A stretch of 64,000 nucleotides of DNA from Opitutia bacterium (lineage in GTDB: Bacteria > Verrucomicrobiota > Verrucomicrobiia > Opitutales > Opitutaceae): assembly GCA_947478395.1 (NCBI GenBank), contig CANJVR010000001.1, forward strand, positions 768,001 to 832,000, in the 5' to 3' direction. The notes under the pieces are model-generated. The model made no database searches. It was not told where the DNA came from and saw only the letters and a program-made list of their open reading frames with translations. The position numbers and the translations under genes are program-made. Shown in pieces: positions 10,159 through 19,629 of this stretch (the first letter of the stretch is position 1; the number at the start of each line of letters is the position of its first letter).

Positions 10159-10699
10159 TCGCGGCGGGTACGACCGACGCCGCCGGCACGGGAGCAGACG
10201 GCTCGTTGCGGCGAAAGATGAAGCGGTTCACACGCGCGGTCGTGGCCTGATTGAGCGCAGGAAAGCGGCTCATATTAGTGACGCTCGCCGCCGTCAGGCT
10301 GGATTGATAACGCGTCACGGTCGGCGGCTTCTCCACTTGCGCCGAAGGATTGATGCCGGACTCACGATGATCGAAGGCACTGAGCTGGCGCGTCACGGCC
10401 TCCGGTCGATGGGAATCTTTTTCGATCACCGTCTTTGCGCGTGCCTCCGTGAGATCAATCGCCGCGCGCCGGTCGCCGACTGCGGCGTCCTTTTTATCGA
10501 CCACGGCCGGAGTGACCCGCTGATTTTGCAGGCCGTCGTTCACTTGGGGTTGGCTCGTCGCAGGCGTCACGCTAGCGACGGGGGCAAAAGCCGAATTTCG
10601 TTCCGTGTAATCAACGTTGGCCGCGTCGGCCGCGTCGGCGACGGAGGCTAAGACAAACACGCCGATGGCGCTCAGGAAAATGACGCCGGTCAATCTCAT
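10142..10699 (-). CDS. Hypothetical exported protein
   Basis: Signal-peptide-like N-terminus; 185-aa ORF fills the gap. Confidence 0.7.
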   Translation of the reverse strand: MRLTGVIFLSAIGVFVLASVADAADAANVDYTERNSAFAPVASVTPATSQPQVNDGLQNQRVTPAVVDKKDAAVGDRRAAIDLTEARAKTVIEKDSHRPEAVTRQLSAFDHRESGINPSAQVEKPPTVTRYQSSLTAASVTNMSRFPALNQATTARVNRFIFRRNEPSAPVPAASVVPAASGPRP

Positions 10700-10743
10700 G
10701 CGGGATCCGTCATGCAGTTGAAGCGACTGATTTGCGGCAAACC

Positions 10744-10770
10744 AAATATGGCGCGCGGCGCGCCATATTT
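10744..10770. terminator. Perfect hairpin downstream of thyX
   Basis: AAATATGGCGCG-cgg-CGCGCCATATTT. Confidence 0.5.
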
Positions 10771-10772
10771 AA

Positions 10773-10867
10773 GGTTTTGAGTTTTGAGTTCAGAGTTTTG
10801 AGTTTCGGCACGATCGCCGTACGGTTTGTCCGTTAACCCGAAATCCCAAACTCGGAACTCGAAACCG
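10773..10867. repeat. Inverted heptamer-repeat element
   Basis: (GAGTTTT)n-like left arm and CCGAAATCCCAAACTCGGAACTCGAAACC right arm. Confidence 0.7.
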
Positions 10868-10896
10868 ACCCGGGGCCGCGCAGGCAACGCCGCGTA

Positions 10897-12243
10897 CTAC
10901 TCCGGTTCCGCCGTGCCTTCGACGACCCAGGCTTTCGCCTCGGGCACCTGCGCGAAAAAGGCGTGCAGCGCGGCACTGAGATGATCGGCATAGCGAAAAT
11001 GCGCGCCCATGCCGGTGCGCAATTCCGCTTCGTAGATAAATTTATCGGCATGCGTGCTGTGTTCGAACGGCGTCTGCGCTCCGAGCAGAAGCGAATAAAC
11101 GTACGCGGGCGAACCGCGCTCCATCAGCTCCCGCGTCAGCGCCAGCTGGTCAGCAAGCAAGGTCGCATGCGCCTCCGGCGAAATTTCCGGCGGCAAATAA
11201 AATCCCGCCTGAATCAGCGGTGTGTAACGATGACCGGTGCGATGGCGGTTGAGATCGCGGAGCTCGGCGAGCGCCATGTTATTCCAAGCAAAACTGACGC
11301 GCATCCGGCGCGTGGCCGTGCCTTGCTGCGCGTAGCGGTTGGCGCGGTGGTTGAGCGACTCGGCGATGGACTGCGTCTCGGCGAGAAACGGTGGTGTGGC
11401 GCGGTCAACATGAACCCAGACTTCGTCGGCGAGCGGAGCCGAGGCAAGGCGCGCGAGGCCGAGCGCGAGCGACGCCGCGAGTTCCTGACGCGCCTGGGCC
11501 TCGAAGGATTTTTCGGCCACGCTGTGGCGCGTGAGGCGGGGCGATTGTTTCACGAGTTCACCGCGAATGAGCGTTGCGGCGGCCCGAGCCTCCGGTTGCG
11601 GGAGGGAATCGAGATGCTTCACGGTCGTCGCCCACATGCGCGAAGTCTGGACGAGGCCGAGGTTGGTGCGCGTGGCGAACGGGATGAAGTAGCGCGCGCG
11701 ATCCAGCGCGTAGTTTTTCCGGAGCCGGGTGGCGACCGCCGGTTTAGCGTCAGGCGGGAGCCGGACGAGATCGGGTTGCGCGAGAGCGAGCGCATCGAGC
11801 CGGGAATATTCCGCGTTATAGGCGGCGAAGGAGCGCGCGATGATGTCGTTCCACCGCGACGCCAGATCATCCGGCACACCGAGTTCCGCGGCCGTGGGAA
11901 CATTCGAGGCGTCCATCGTGATGTAGCGCGTGGACGACTCCTGGCCGTCGGCCATCTGGGCGATTTCAAAAATTTTATAAGCGAGCCACATCGACACGCC
12001 GTCGAGAGCAATCGCAAGTCCGCCGGTGAGTCCGCCGATGGACGCGTGACCGTAGTCGACGAACTTCAAGATGCGGTCAATCGAGGCCTCGGGATTGGCC
12101 AGGTCGACCTTGGCCATAATGGCCGCGATGCCCTCATTGGAGCGGGAGTAGCGCGCGAGGACGGATGCCAGCAATTCGGGCGTAACTTTGGGCAGATCGG
12201 CGGCAGTCGGGGGCGGGACGAGGGCGAGACCAGTGACTTTCAT
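10897..12243 (-). CDS. thyX: FAD-dependent thymidylate synthase, long two-domain ThyX-like protein
   Basis: ARYSRS, YGHASI, QESSTRY, DRARYFIP, RDLNRHR, ELRT motifs; ATG at 12243. Confidence 0.72.
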   Translation of the reverse strand: MKVTGLALVPPPTAADLPKVTPELLASVLARYSRSNEGIAAIMAKVDLANPEASIDRILKFVDYGHASIGGLTGGLAIALDGVSMWLAYKIFEIAQMADGQESSTRYITMDASNVPTAAELGVPDDLASRWNDIIARSFAAYNAEYSRLDALALAQPDLVRLPPDAKPAVATRLRKNYALDRARYFIPFATRTNLGLVQTSRMWATTVKHLDSLPQPEARAAATLIRGELVKQSPRLTRHSVAEKSFEAQARQELAASLALGLARLASAPLADEVWVHVDRATPPFLAETQSIAESLNHRANRYAQQGTATRRMRVSFAWNNMALAELRDLNRHRTGHRYTPLIQAGFYLPPEISPEAHATLLADQLALTRELMERGSPAYVYSLLLGAQTPFEHSTHADKFIYEAELRTGMGAHFRYADHLSAALHAFFAQVPEAKAWVVEGTAEPE

Positions 12244-12254
12244 GCGGCGGAGGT

Positions 12255-12373
12255 GGCTACGAAGAGGCACGAAAAGTCGCGAAAAGGGAAAGGAGAAACG
12301 CTCCGTCGAAGCGGTCCCGGTGAAATCACCGTCACTGGAGTCCCCATTGCGGGCGCCGTTTTCGCGTTTTGTG
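12255..12373. repeat. Degenerate repeat-palindrome upstream of thyX
   Basis: GGCACGAAAAGTCGCGAAAA ... TTTTCGCGTTTTGTG. Confidence 0.4.
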
Positions 12374-12784
12374 AACGCAACACGTTCGCGCGCGGCATCA
12401 CGCTGGATGATCCGCTTTAAGCGGCCCCCGGAGCGAGGGCGTCCCGGGCGCCGGCGCGCTACGGTCGCGTTAAGCAAGGCCCCGTCGAAAATCGTCAAAC
12501 TCAAGCAAAACGCGCCGACCGCCAAGAAGGGCCGCACCCAGTTGGCGTTGGAAGCGACCAGCGTGGAGCCCTTGGAGAGCGTGAGGCGGATTCGACCATC
12601 ATCACCGGGACGCCGAAAATCGAAAACCACGGAGCCGGAGCGGATTCGTCCCGCCAAACATCGCACATCTGATGCGGGGTTGGAGCACCCTTCCACAGGG
12701 TGATTCCAGGGGTCGATCCGCCACAGCGTGCAATGCGACGCGACTCGCCCCGGGATGTTTTAAACGCGCAGGGTAGCGAACACC

Positions 12785-14296
12785 TCAGCGCAGCGTGAGC
12801 CACTGGCCGAACGGGCCTTGGTAGAAACCTAGAAACACCGTCGAAAGCGCGAGCACTCCAAGCGCAACGCCGCAGGCGAGGCCCACCGGCGTGCGCGTCG
12901 GATGAGCCGGAGCGTCGGGCGAAATAGCCCGGGTCTCGAAAAACGCCGCTTTGATCCAGCCGAAATAATAATAAACCGAAATCACCACGCCCGTGATGGC
13001 GACTGCGAGCAGCCCGTAAAGTCCGGCTTGGAACGCTGCGATGAATACAAAAAGTTTTCCCATGAATCCGACCAGCGGCGGAATGCCCGCCAACGATCCG
13101 AGGCCGATCGCGAGCACCAGCGCGAGAAATGGATTGTCCTTCGCGAGGCCGGCATAGTGCTCGAGCTCCTGATCGGCGTCGTCACTGCCTGCCATGTGCG
13201 TCATCACCCCAAACACGGCGAACGAAGCGAGCAGGTAAGCGAAGAGATAAAAAAAGATCGCGCCCACGGCCATGGGCGTCGTGGTGGCGGCGACGACCCC
13301 GAGGAGGAGAAATCCCGCGTGCGAAACGCCAGAGAGCCCGATGAGTCGTTTGACGTTATGCTGCGTGAGCGCGGCGAGATTGCCAAACAGCAGCGTCGTC
13401 GCCGCGAAAAACGTCAGCACCGGCACAATCAGCCAGCCATAGCTGGAGAAAACATATTGGGAGAGCGTAAGCAGCACGGCGAAGCCGGCGGTCTTCGAGG
13501 CCACGGCGAGAAACGCGGTGACCGGCGTGGGAGCACCCTGGTAAACGTCGGGAACCCAGATCTGAAAAGGAAACGCGCCGAGCTTGAAAGCGACACCCGA
13601 GAGCACGAGCACAATGCCGACGCCCGCGAGAAAGTTGTGCGGATTCGCCTCGAGGAACCGGGCCAGTTCGCCGTAGTGCATCGAGTTCGCGGAGTGTCCC
13701 GGGAGCGACGGATTGCCCGCCATGCCGTAGAGCAGCACGATACCGAAGAGCAGCAACGACGAGCTGAGAGCGCCCATGACCAGGTATTTCAAACCGGCCT
13801 CGAGCGTGAGGGCGTTCGTGCGGAAGTAGCTGACCAGAATGTAGAGTCCGATCGTCACCGTTTCGAGAGCGACGAAGAGCAGGACGAAATGATTAGCCTG
13901 AGCCAGCAGCATCATCGCGGCCGTGACGACCATCACGATATTGTAGAACTCAACGCGGGGCAGACCCTGCTTGGCGAGACTCACCCGACCAAGGAGACAC
14001 ACCAAAATCGACGAGAGCAGAAAAAACACGCGCATCACTTGGCCGGAATACGTGTGCCGAAGGAGACCGTTGAATGTTTCCGTACCCGCGTAGCCGGTTG
14101 AAAAATTAAGCAGCAGGGCAACCAGCACGGCAGCTTGCGTGACGATCGCGAAAGCCGGGATGACGTCGTGGTGTTTTTTCGGCAGCACGATCTCGAGCGC
14201 CAGGAGCGCAAGCGCGAGACAGCCGAGCAGCAACTCGGGGAAGATGGCGTTCCAGTCGTTGAGACCGGCGGCGACTTTGACAGCTTCGAGGGTCAT
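12785..14296 (-). CDS. nuoN: NADH-quinone oxidoreductase subunit N
   Basis: EAGLKY, FKLGAFPFQIWVPDVYQGAPTP, LAGIPPLVGF. Confidence 0.96.
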   Translation of the reverse strand: MTLEAVKVAAGLNDWNAIFPELLLGCLALALLALEIVLPKKHHDVIPAFAIVTQAAVLVALLLNFSTGYAGTETFNGLLRHTYSGQVMRVFFLLSSILVCLLGRVSLAKQGLPRVEFYNIVMVVTAAMMLLAQANHFVLLFVALETVTIGLYILVSYFRTNALTLEAGLKYLVMGALSSSLLLFGIVLLYGMAGNPSLPGHSANSMHYGELARFLEANPHNFLAGVGIVLVLSGVAFKLGAFPFQIWVPDVYQGAPTPVTAFLAVASKTAGFAVLLTLSQYVFSSYGWLIVPVLTFFAATTLLFGNLAALTQHNVKRLIGLSGVSHAGFLLLGVVAATTTPMAVGAIFFYLFAYLLASFAVFGVMTHMAGSDDADQELEHYAGLAKDNPFLALVLAIGLGSLAGIPPLVGFMGKLFVFIAAFQAGLYGLLAVAITGVVISVYYYFGWIKAAFFETRAISPDAPAHPTRTPVGLACGVALGVLALSTVFLGFYQGPFGQWLTLR

Positions 14297-14310
14297 GACA
14301 GAAGGATCGG

Positions 14311-14405
14311 AACGCTAATCCGCGCTAATTGTACGCTGATCGAAGGCGCCCGAAACACGGCGTGAAGGATGGAAAGATGAGCGTTCATTAGCGCGGACTA
14401 ACATT
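14311..14405. repeat. CGCTAAT-family repeat-palindrome (nuoM-nuoN junction)
   Basis: AACGCTAATCCGCGCTAATTGTACGCTGAT ... ATGAGCGTTCATTAGCGCGGACTAACATT; right arm overlaps the nuoM stop. Confidence 0.75.
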
Positions 14406-15917
14406 TCCCACGATTGGTTTTGGCACGACGGGCGCGAGCGTGGCATCGAGCGCCGTGGAAAGGGACTTCGGCCAGAAACCGATGAAGAGGAGTGCAACGA
14501 GCAGCACGAGCGCTGGGAAGCGTTCGCTCCAGCGGATGTCGGCCGGCGGATGCTCAGCGGCCACCTTGGCAAACTCAGGCGTGACCGGGCCAAAGAAAAC
14601 GTTGGCCGCCGAGCGCAGACCATAAACCGCGGAAATGACCACGCCCGCCACGGCGAGAGCGGTAATGAGTGGCGAAAATTTCCACAGCGCGACGAAGATC
14701 GTGAGCTCACCCCAGAAGTTGGCAAAGCCCGGCAGACCAATGCTGGCGAAAGTGGCCGCAACAAAAAGCGCCGCGAGCACAGGGGCCTTTTGCGCCAGAC
14801 CGCCCATTTCATCCATGGCGAAGGTTTGCGTGCGGTGATAGATGCTCGTCGAAAGCAAAAAGAGCAGCGCGACCGACAGGCCGTGCGCCACCATCAGCAA
14901 CACCACGCCGCCAACACCGAGCGTCGTGCCCGCTGCGATCCCGAGGAACGCGTAGCCCATGTGCATGACCGAGCTATAACCGATCATCTGCTTCAGGTCG
15001 CGTTGCGCGATCGTAATGAAACCGATGACGAGGACATTGCCGATGACGGCGAGCCAAGCGAGCGTATGCGCCCACGGCTGAAGACCCAGCGGGAGCAGAG
15101 GAAGCGCGACTTGAATCAGACCGTAGAGGCCAAATTTTTTCAAGACACCGGCGTGCAACATCGCGGCGGAACTGGGTGCAGCACCGTAGCCGAGCGGCGC
15201 CCACGTGTGCAGCGGCCAGAGCGAAACCAGAATGCCGAAACCCAAGGTGAGCAGACCAAAGATATTTTTCTGGAGGAGCTGATCGAGCGGCACAGCGGCG
15301 AGTTTCAGGCGAAGTTCGATGAGATCGAAACTGCTGGCGCCACTCTTCACGTAGAGAGCGATCAGGCCGATCAACGAAATCATCGCGCCGGCGGTGAGAT
15401 AGATCGTCATCTTCATCGCTGCGTAGCTGCGGTCGCGGCCGCCCCAGATGCCAACCATGATGAAGGTCGGGATCAGCGCGAGTTCGTGGAAGAAATAGAA
15501 GAAGAAGACGTCAACGCTCGCGAACACGCCCATCAATCCCGCCTGCATCACCAACAGAAGCATCAGGTAAATCTTGAGGCGCTCCGCGTTGGATTGGATC
15601 GCGAAAAGACCGGCGGCAAAACCGACGATACCCGCGAGCACGAAGAGCGGGAGTGAAATACCATTGAGCCCAAGCTTCAGGCCAATGCCGAGGCCATCGA
15701 GACCCGTGGAATACTTCGTCAGAAACGCGTAGCCGGAAACCTGCGGAGCGGCCGCATAGTAATACCAGACATGCAAAGCCATAAGCAGCGGCGCCGCGAA
15801 GCCGACGTAGGCGAGCTTGATCGAGAAACGCTTCGGCAGGCCGAACGCAATCGCGAGCGCGACCGCGAGCGGCACGAAAATGGAAGCGAGAAGAGGATCG
15901 AAAGGCAGGTTGCTCAT
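14388..15917 (-). CDS. nuoM: NADH-quinone oxidoreductase subunit M
   Basis: PLHTWAP, LKKFGLYG, YSSVMHMG, GLPGFANFWGE; ATG at 15917. Confidence 0.95.
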   Translation of the reverse strand: MSNLPFDPLLASIFVPLAVALAIAFGLPKRFSIKLAYVGFAAPLLMALHVWYYYAAAPQVSGYAFLTKYSTGLDGLGIGLKLGLNGISLPLFVLAGIVGFAAGLFAIQSNAERLKIYLMLLLVMQAGLMGVFASVDVFFFYFFHELALIPTFIMVGIWGGRDRSYAAMKMTIYLTAGAMISLIGLIALYVKSGASSFDLIELRLKLAAVPLDQLLQKNIFGLLTLGFGILVSLWPLHTWAPLGYGAAPSSAAMLHAGVLKKFGLYGLIQVALPLLPLGLQPWAHTLAWLAVIGNVLVIGFITIAQRDLKQMIGYSSVMHMGYAFLGIAAGTTLGVGGVVLLMVAHGLSVALLFLLSTSIYHRTQTFAMDEMGGLAQKAPVLAALFVAATFASIGLPGFANFWGELTIFVALWKFSPLITALAVAGVVISAVYGLRSAANVFFGPVTPEFAKVAAEHPPADIRWSERFPALVLLVALLFIGFWPKSLSTALDATLAPVVPKPIVGNVSPR

Positions 15918-15940
15918 CGCAAAGTCGAGGCGGACGGAAG

Positions 15941-16054
15941 GGCCACTAAGAGACACCGAGATTGATTGATCGCTTCGGCCGAACTTGCCGACGCGCCAAA
16001 AGACGCAATGGAGACGTCACGGAAGAGCCGGAAAATTTTTGGCTTTTTGCGGCC
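15941..16054. repeat. Weak repeat-palindrome (nuoL-nuoM junction)
   Basis: GGCCACTAAGAGACAC ... TTTTTGGCTTTTTGCGGCC; degenerate. Confidence 0.35.
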
Positions 16055-16080
16055 AACGGGACTGGAAAGTTGGATCGTCA

Positions 16081-17940
16081 TCAGAATATGCCAGCCGCGT
16101 AGGCCCACAGGATAACGACGCCAAACAGGAACCAATAAACGTACACATTGAGCCGACCAACATGCAGGCCGCGCGCGCCCAAACCGAAAAGCCCGACGAC
16201 CGCGGCGAGTCCGCGCACGATCAGGCCGGCGAGGAAAATCTGCTCGATGAAGTTCAGAAAAAGCGCGAAGCGCTGCTGAATCTTCGCGACGTAATAATCG
16301 TAGACTTTGTCGAACGATAGCTGCAGCGCCGTGAGCGCGCCGAAGAGGCCGGGCGATTTCTGCTGGAGGGAATCGGTCGCGGCGGAAGCGTAGAACGCGA
16401 GGGCGCCGACTGCACCGAGCGTCATGACCAGAAGACTCGTGACGAGAATGACGGTGTGATCTGACCCGTGCGCTTCGGGGATCAGTTCAAACACCCCGTT
16501 GAAAACCTTCGGATAAATTCCCGTGTAACCACCGGCGACCGCGAGCGCCGCCAGGAGAACCAGCGGCGCGGTCATCGTGAGGCCGCCCTCGTGAGCATGC
16601 GACGCGCCTTCGGTGCGGGGCTCGCCAAGGAAGGTGATTTTCCAGAGGCGCACCATGTAGAACGCCGTGATAACCGCCGTGAGAGCAAGGACGGCGAAGA
16701 CCGCTTTATTGTTAGCGAAGGCCAGATAGAGGATCGCGTCCTTCGAGAAGAAGCCGGCGAGGAACGGGAAACCGATGATCGCGAGGACGCCGATGGTGAA
16801 CGTCGCGAACGTGAGCGGCATTTTCGATTTCAGGCCGCCCATATTGAAAATATCCTGCTCGTGGTGACAGCCGTGGATCACGGAACCGGAGCCGAGGAAC
16901 ATCAGAGCCTTGAAGAAAGCGTGGGTCGTCAGATGAAACATCGCGGCGCCGACGCCCGCGGCGAGGAGCAGCTTGTGCTCGCCGTGTTCGACCGCGAGGG
17001 AACCGAGCCCAAACGCCGCCACCATGTAACCGAGTTGGGATAGCGTGGAGTAAGCCAGGACTTTCTTGATGTCGCGCTGGACGATGGCGCAGAGCGCGGC
17101 GTACAACGCGGTCGCGGTACCGACCCACATAATCACGGTAAGCGCTTCCGGGACCATGAGGACGTTGATCCGGCACAGCATGTAGATGCCGGCGGCAACC
17201 ATCGTGGCGGCGTGGATCAGCGCGGACACCGGCGTCGGGCCTTCCATCGCGTCCGGCAGCCAGACTTGCAACGGCAGCTGCGCGGATTTGCCCACGGCGC
17301 CACAGAACAGCAGCAGTGGGATCAGCGAGCTGTAAACATTATGACCTGCGGCGAGCTTGGTGAGGTCCACCGTGCCGTTGGCCCAGTAGCACATCACAAT
17401 GCCGAGGAGAAAACCGAAGTCGCCCACGCGATTGGCGATGAAGGCTTTCTTGGAAGCGGCGGCGGGCGCGGCCTTCTCGTGCCAGTGATTGATCAACAGA
17501 TAGGAGCTGAAACCGACGAGCTCCCAAAAGATGAACATCATGAAAAGATTATCGGCGAAAACGATGCCGAGCATCGAAAACATGAAGATCGAAAGGCCGC
17601 CGAAATAGCGCGCGCGCGCCGGATCATCGTGCATGTAGCCGAGCGAGAAAACGTGCACGCAAAGCCCGACGATGCCGACGATGCAGAGCATCAGCGCCGC
17701 GAGATCGTCGAACTTGACCCCGATGGAGAGGGCAAAATCGCCGAAGCGAAGCCATTCCCACGAAGCAATGAAGCGTTCACCCTGCACCGCCAGAAGCAGG
17801 GCGATGGCGGCGATAGCGGCCGCAACGAAAGTCGACAAGGCCGCCGCCGCTCCACCGGCGCGGCGCAAGAAAATCGCGATGACCGCCGCGGAGATCAGCG
17901 GCAAAAGCAGAACAAGGATGGCGTGCTGGACGGGAGACAT
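16081..17940 (-). CDS. nuoL: NADH-quinone oxidoreductase subunit L
   Basis: GKSAQLPLQVWLPDAMEGPTPVSALIHAATMV, HAFFKALMFL. Confidence 0.97.
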   Translation of the reverse strand: MSPVQHAILVLLLPLISAAVIAIFLRRAGGAAAALSTFVAAAIAAIALLLAVQGERFIASWEWLRFGDFALSIGVKFDDLAALMLCIVGIVGLCVHVFSLGYMHDDPARARYFGGLSIFMFSMLGIVFADNLFMMFIFWELVGFSSYLLINHWHEKAAPAAASKKAFIANRVGDFGFLLGIVMCYWANGTVDLTKLAAGHNVYSSLIPLLLFCGAVGKSAQLPLQVWLPDAMEGPTPVSALIHAATMVAAGIYMLCRINVLMVPEALTVIMWVGTATALYAALCAIVQRDIKKVLAYSTLSQLGYMVAAFGLGSLAVEHGEHKLLLAAGVGAAMFHLTTHAFFKALMFLGSGSVIHGCHHEQDIFNMGGLKSKMPLTFATFTIGVLAIIGFPFLAGFFSKDAILYLAFANNKAVFAVLALTAVITAFYMVRLWKITFLGEPRTEGASHAHEGGLTMTAPLVLLAALAVAGGYTGIYPKVFNGVFELIPEAHGSDHTVILVTSLLVMTLGAVGALAFYASAATDSLQQKSPGLFGALTALQLSFDKVYDYYVAKIQQRFALFLNFIEQIFLAGLIVRGLAAVVGLFGLGARGLHVGRLNVYVYWFLFGVVILWAYAAGIF

Positions 17941-17952
17941 CTGAAATTTTTG

Positions 17953-18038
17953 AACCGCTAATTGACGCTAGTTGACGCTAATTCGGCAAAGCGTCCCGGA
18001 CTGATTTCATGGGCGAGCATTAGCGTGGCTTAGCGGTT
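17953..18038. repeat. CGCTAAT-family repeat-palindrome (nuoK-nuoL junction)
   Basis: AACCGCTAATTGACGCTAGTTGACGCTAAT ... ATTAGCGTGGCTTAGCGGTT. Confidence 0.75.
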
Positions 18039-18057
18039 AAAATGGTTTGGGATCGGA

Positions 18058-18366
18058 TCAGTTTTTCAACGCGTTGAGTTCGTCGACCTGCACCGTTTGC
18101 CGCTTGCGGAAAAGCGCGACGATGATGGCGAGGCCCACCGCGACTTCGGCGGCGGCTACCGTGAGGATGAAGAAGACGAAGACGTTGCCGTCCATCGTGC
18201 CGTTGTAGCGCGAGAACGCGACTAACCCGAGCGTGGCTGCGACGAGCATCAGCTCGAGGCACATGAACATCACGAGGGTGTTCTTGCGCAGCAGCACGCC
18301 GAGAAATCCGATTGCGAAAAGAATCGCGCTGAGAATCACGTAAGCGTTAAGCGAGGCGGCGATCAT
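18058..18366 (-). CDS. nuoK: NADH-quinone oxidoreductase subunit K
   Basis: [18 protein letters not shown]. Confidence 0.96.
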   Translation of the reverse strand: MIAASLNAYVILSAILFAIGFLGVLLRKNTLVMFMCLELMLVAATLGLVAFSRYNGTMDGNVFVFFILTVAAAEVAVGLAIIVALFRKRQTVQVDELNALKN

Positions 18367-18875
18367 TTAATGTCCTCCAGGCCTTCGAATTTTTTGCTGA
18401 GCACGATCACGCCGAGCATGGCAATCAGCAGGAGAAACCCGATGATCTGCACCGGCAGCAGATAGGTCGTGAAGAGCTGGTACGCGTAGGCTTTCAGATC
18501 AGCGCCGATCGCTGGACCGGTCACAACGATCTCCGGCACCTGGCCGTGCGCGCGAATTGAAAGCACGCCGACCGCGAGCAGAGCCGCCGCCGCGGTCGAC
18601 GCGATGATCGTCGTCCGCGTGAACGACACTTTAACGCCGCCCTGCATGTCGAGGAGCATGACGATGAAAAGGAACAGAGCGACGACCGCGCCCGCGTAAA
18701 CTAACAGGAGCACGAACGCCAGCAGGTAGGCCTCGAGCAGCACGAAGAGTCCGGCCACACCGACGAGGCAAAGCAAAAGGCACATCGCGGCGTTGACCGC
18801 GTTTTTGTTCAGCACCACGCCCACCGCACAAATCACGGTGAAGACAGCGAAGAGGTTGAAGAGGAGATCGGACAT
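18363..18875 (-). CDS. nuoJ: NADH-quinone oxidoreductase subunit J
   Basis: [17 protein letters not shown]. Confidence 0.95.
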   Translation of the reverse strand: MSDLLFNLFAVFTVICAVGVVLNKNAVNAAMCLLLCLVGVAGLFVLLEAYLLAFVLLLVYAGAVVALFLFIVMLLDMQGGVKVSFTRTTIIASTAAAALLAVGVLSIRAHGQVPEIVVTGPAIGADLKAYAYQLFTTYLLPVQIIGFLLLIAMLGVIVLSKKFEGLEDIK

Positions 18876-18889
18876 CGGATCGGAAATGA

Positions 18890-18984
18890 TTAGGCGCGAA
18901 GACGCGACGCGGACGAAGGGGTGCCAAGAAACAAGAGCAGCGCTTTGCGAACCTTGGTTTGGTCCTTGGCGTCTTTGCGCTTAA
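18890..18984. repeat. GCGCRAAGACGC-family repeat-palindrome (nuoI-nuoJ junction)
   Basis: TTAGGCGCGAAGACGCG ... GGCGTCTTTGCGCTTAA. Confidence 0.7.
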
Positions 18985-19000
18985 GATTGGTCTTCATTTC

Positions 19001-19543
19001 TCAGTGCGCGTTGCCGTGCTCGGCGGCGGCTTTCTTTTTATCCCACTTGAAATGCTGGTCCGGCAGGGTGCCGCCGAGTTCGTAGAGACGGTCTTTGTGA
19101 TTCACCATCTCTTCGCGGGTGTAGCCCGTCATGGAGTATTGATTCTGCAGAAAGATCGCCTCCTCCGGACAAACTTCCTGGCAAAGTCCGCAGTAAATAC
19201 ACCGCAGCATGTCGATGTCGAAAGCCTGTGGACCTTTTTCAACGTGGGCGCGGTCCGGCTGGTCGGAGGGAATCTCGCCAGGAGTGATGCGAATGGCCTT
19301 CGGCGGGCAGACAAATTCGCAGAGCTGGCAGGAAACACATTTCTCGCGGCCGTGGGGATCCTTCACGAGCGTGGGCACACCACGGTAGTTGGCGGGAATG
19401 GCGGGACGTTCCTCCGGGTACGAGAGCGTCACGTTGGGCGCGAAGAGATGCTTGAGCGTAGTCTTCAGGCCGGCCGCGATCTGCGGGAGGTAGGTGCGCT
19501 CAGACCAGGAGAGCGGTTTGCGTTCGAGAGGGATGACGGCCAT
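19001..19543 (-). CDS. nuoI: NADH-quinone oxidoreductase subunit I
   Basis: Two CxxCxxCxxxCP ferredoxin motifs; YPEER. Confidence 0.96.
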   Translation of the reverse strand: MAVIPLERKPLSWSERTYLPQIAAGLKTTLKHLFAPNVTLSYPEERPAIPANYRGVPTLVKDPHGREKCVSCQLCEFVCPPKAIRITPGEIPSDQPDRAHVEKGPQAFDIDMLRCIYCGLCQEVCPEEAIFLQNQYSMTGYTREEMVNHKDRLYELGGTLPDQHFKWDKKKAAAEHGNAH

Positions 19544-19557
19544 GGCGGGGACTAATT

Positions 19558-19628
19558 AACGGCGAAGAAGCGAAGAAGCGGAATTAAAACCGAAGCGCAT
19601 GACTTGAGTTCTTGGGTGCTTCGTAGTT
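19558..19628. repeat. GCGAAGAA repeat-palindrome (nuoH-nuoI junction)
   Basis: AACGGCGAAGAAGCGAAGAAGCGGAA ... TTCTTGGGTGCTTCGTAGTT. Confidence 0.55.
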
Positions 19629-19629
19629 T

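Noticed and set aside
12244..12784. N-terminal extension of the thyX ORF to 12696
   Set aside because: The extension crosses a repeat element and looks non-coding; ATG 12243 fits better
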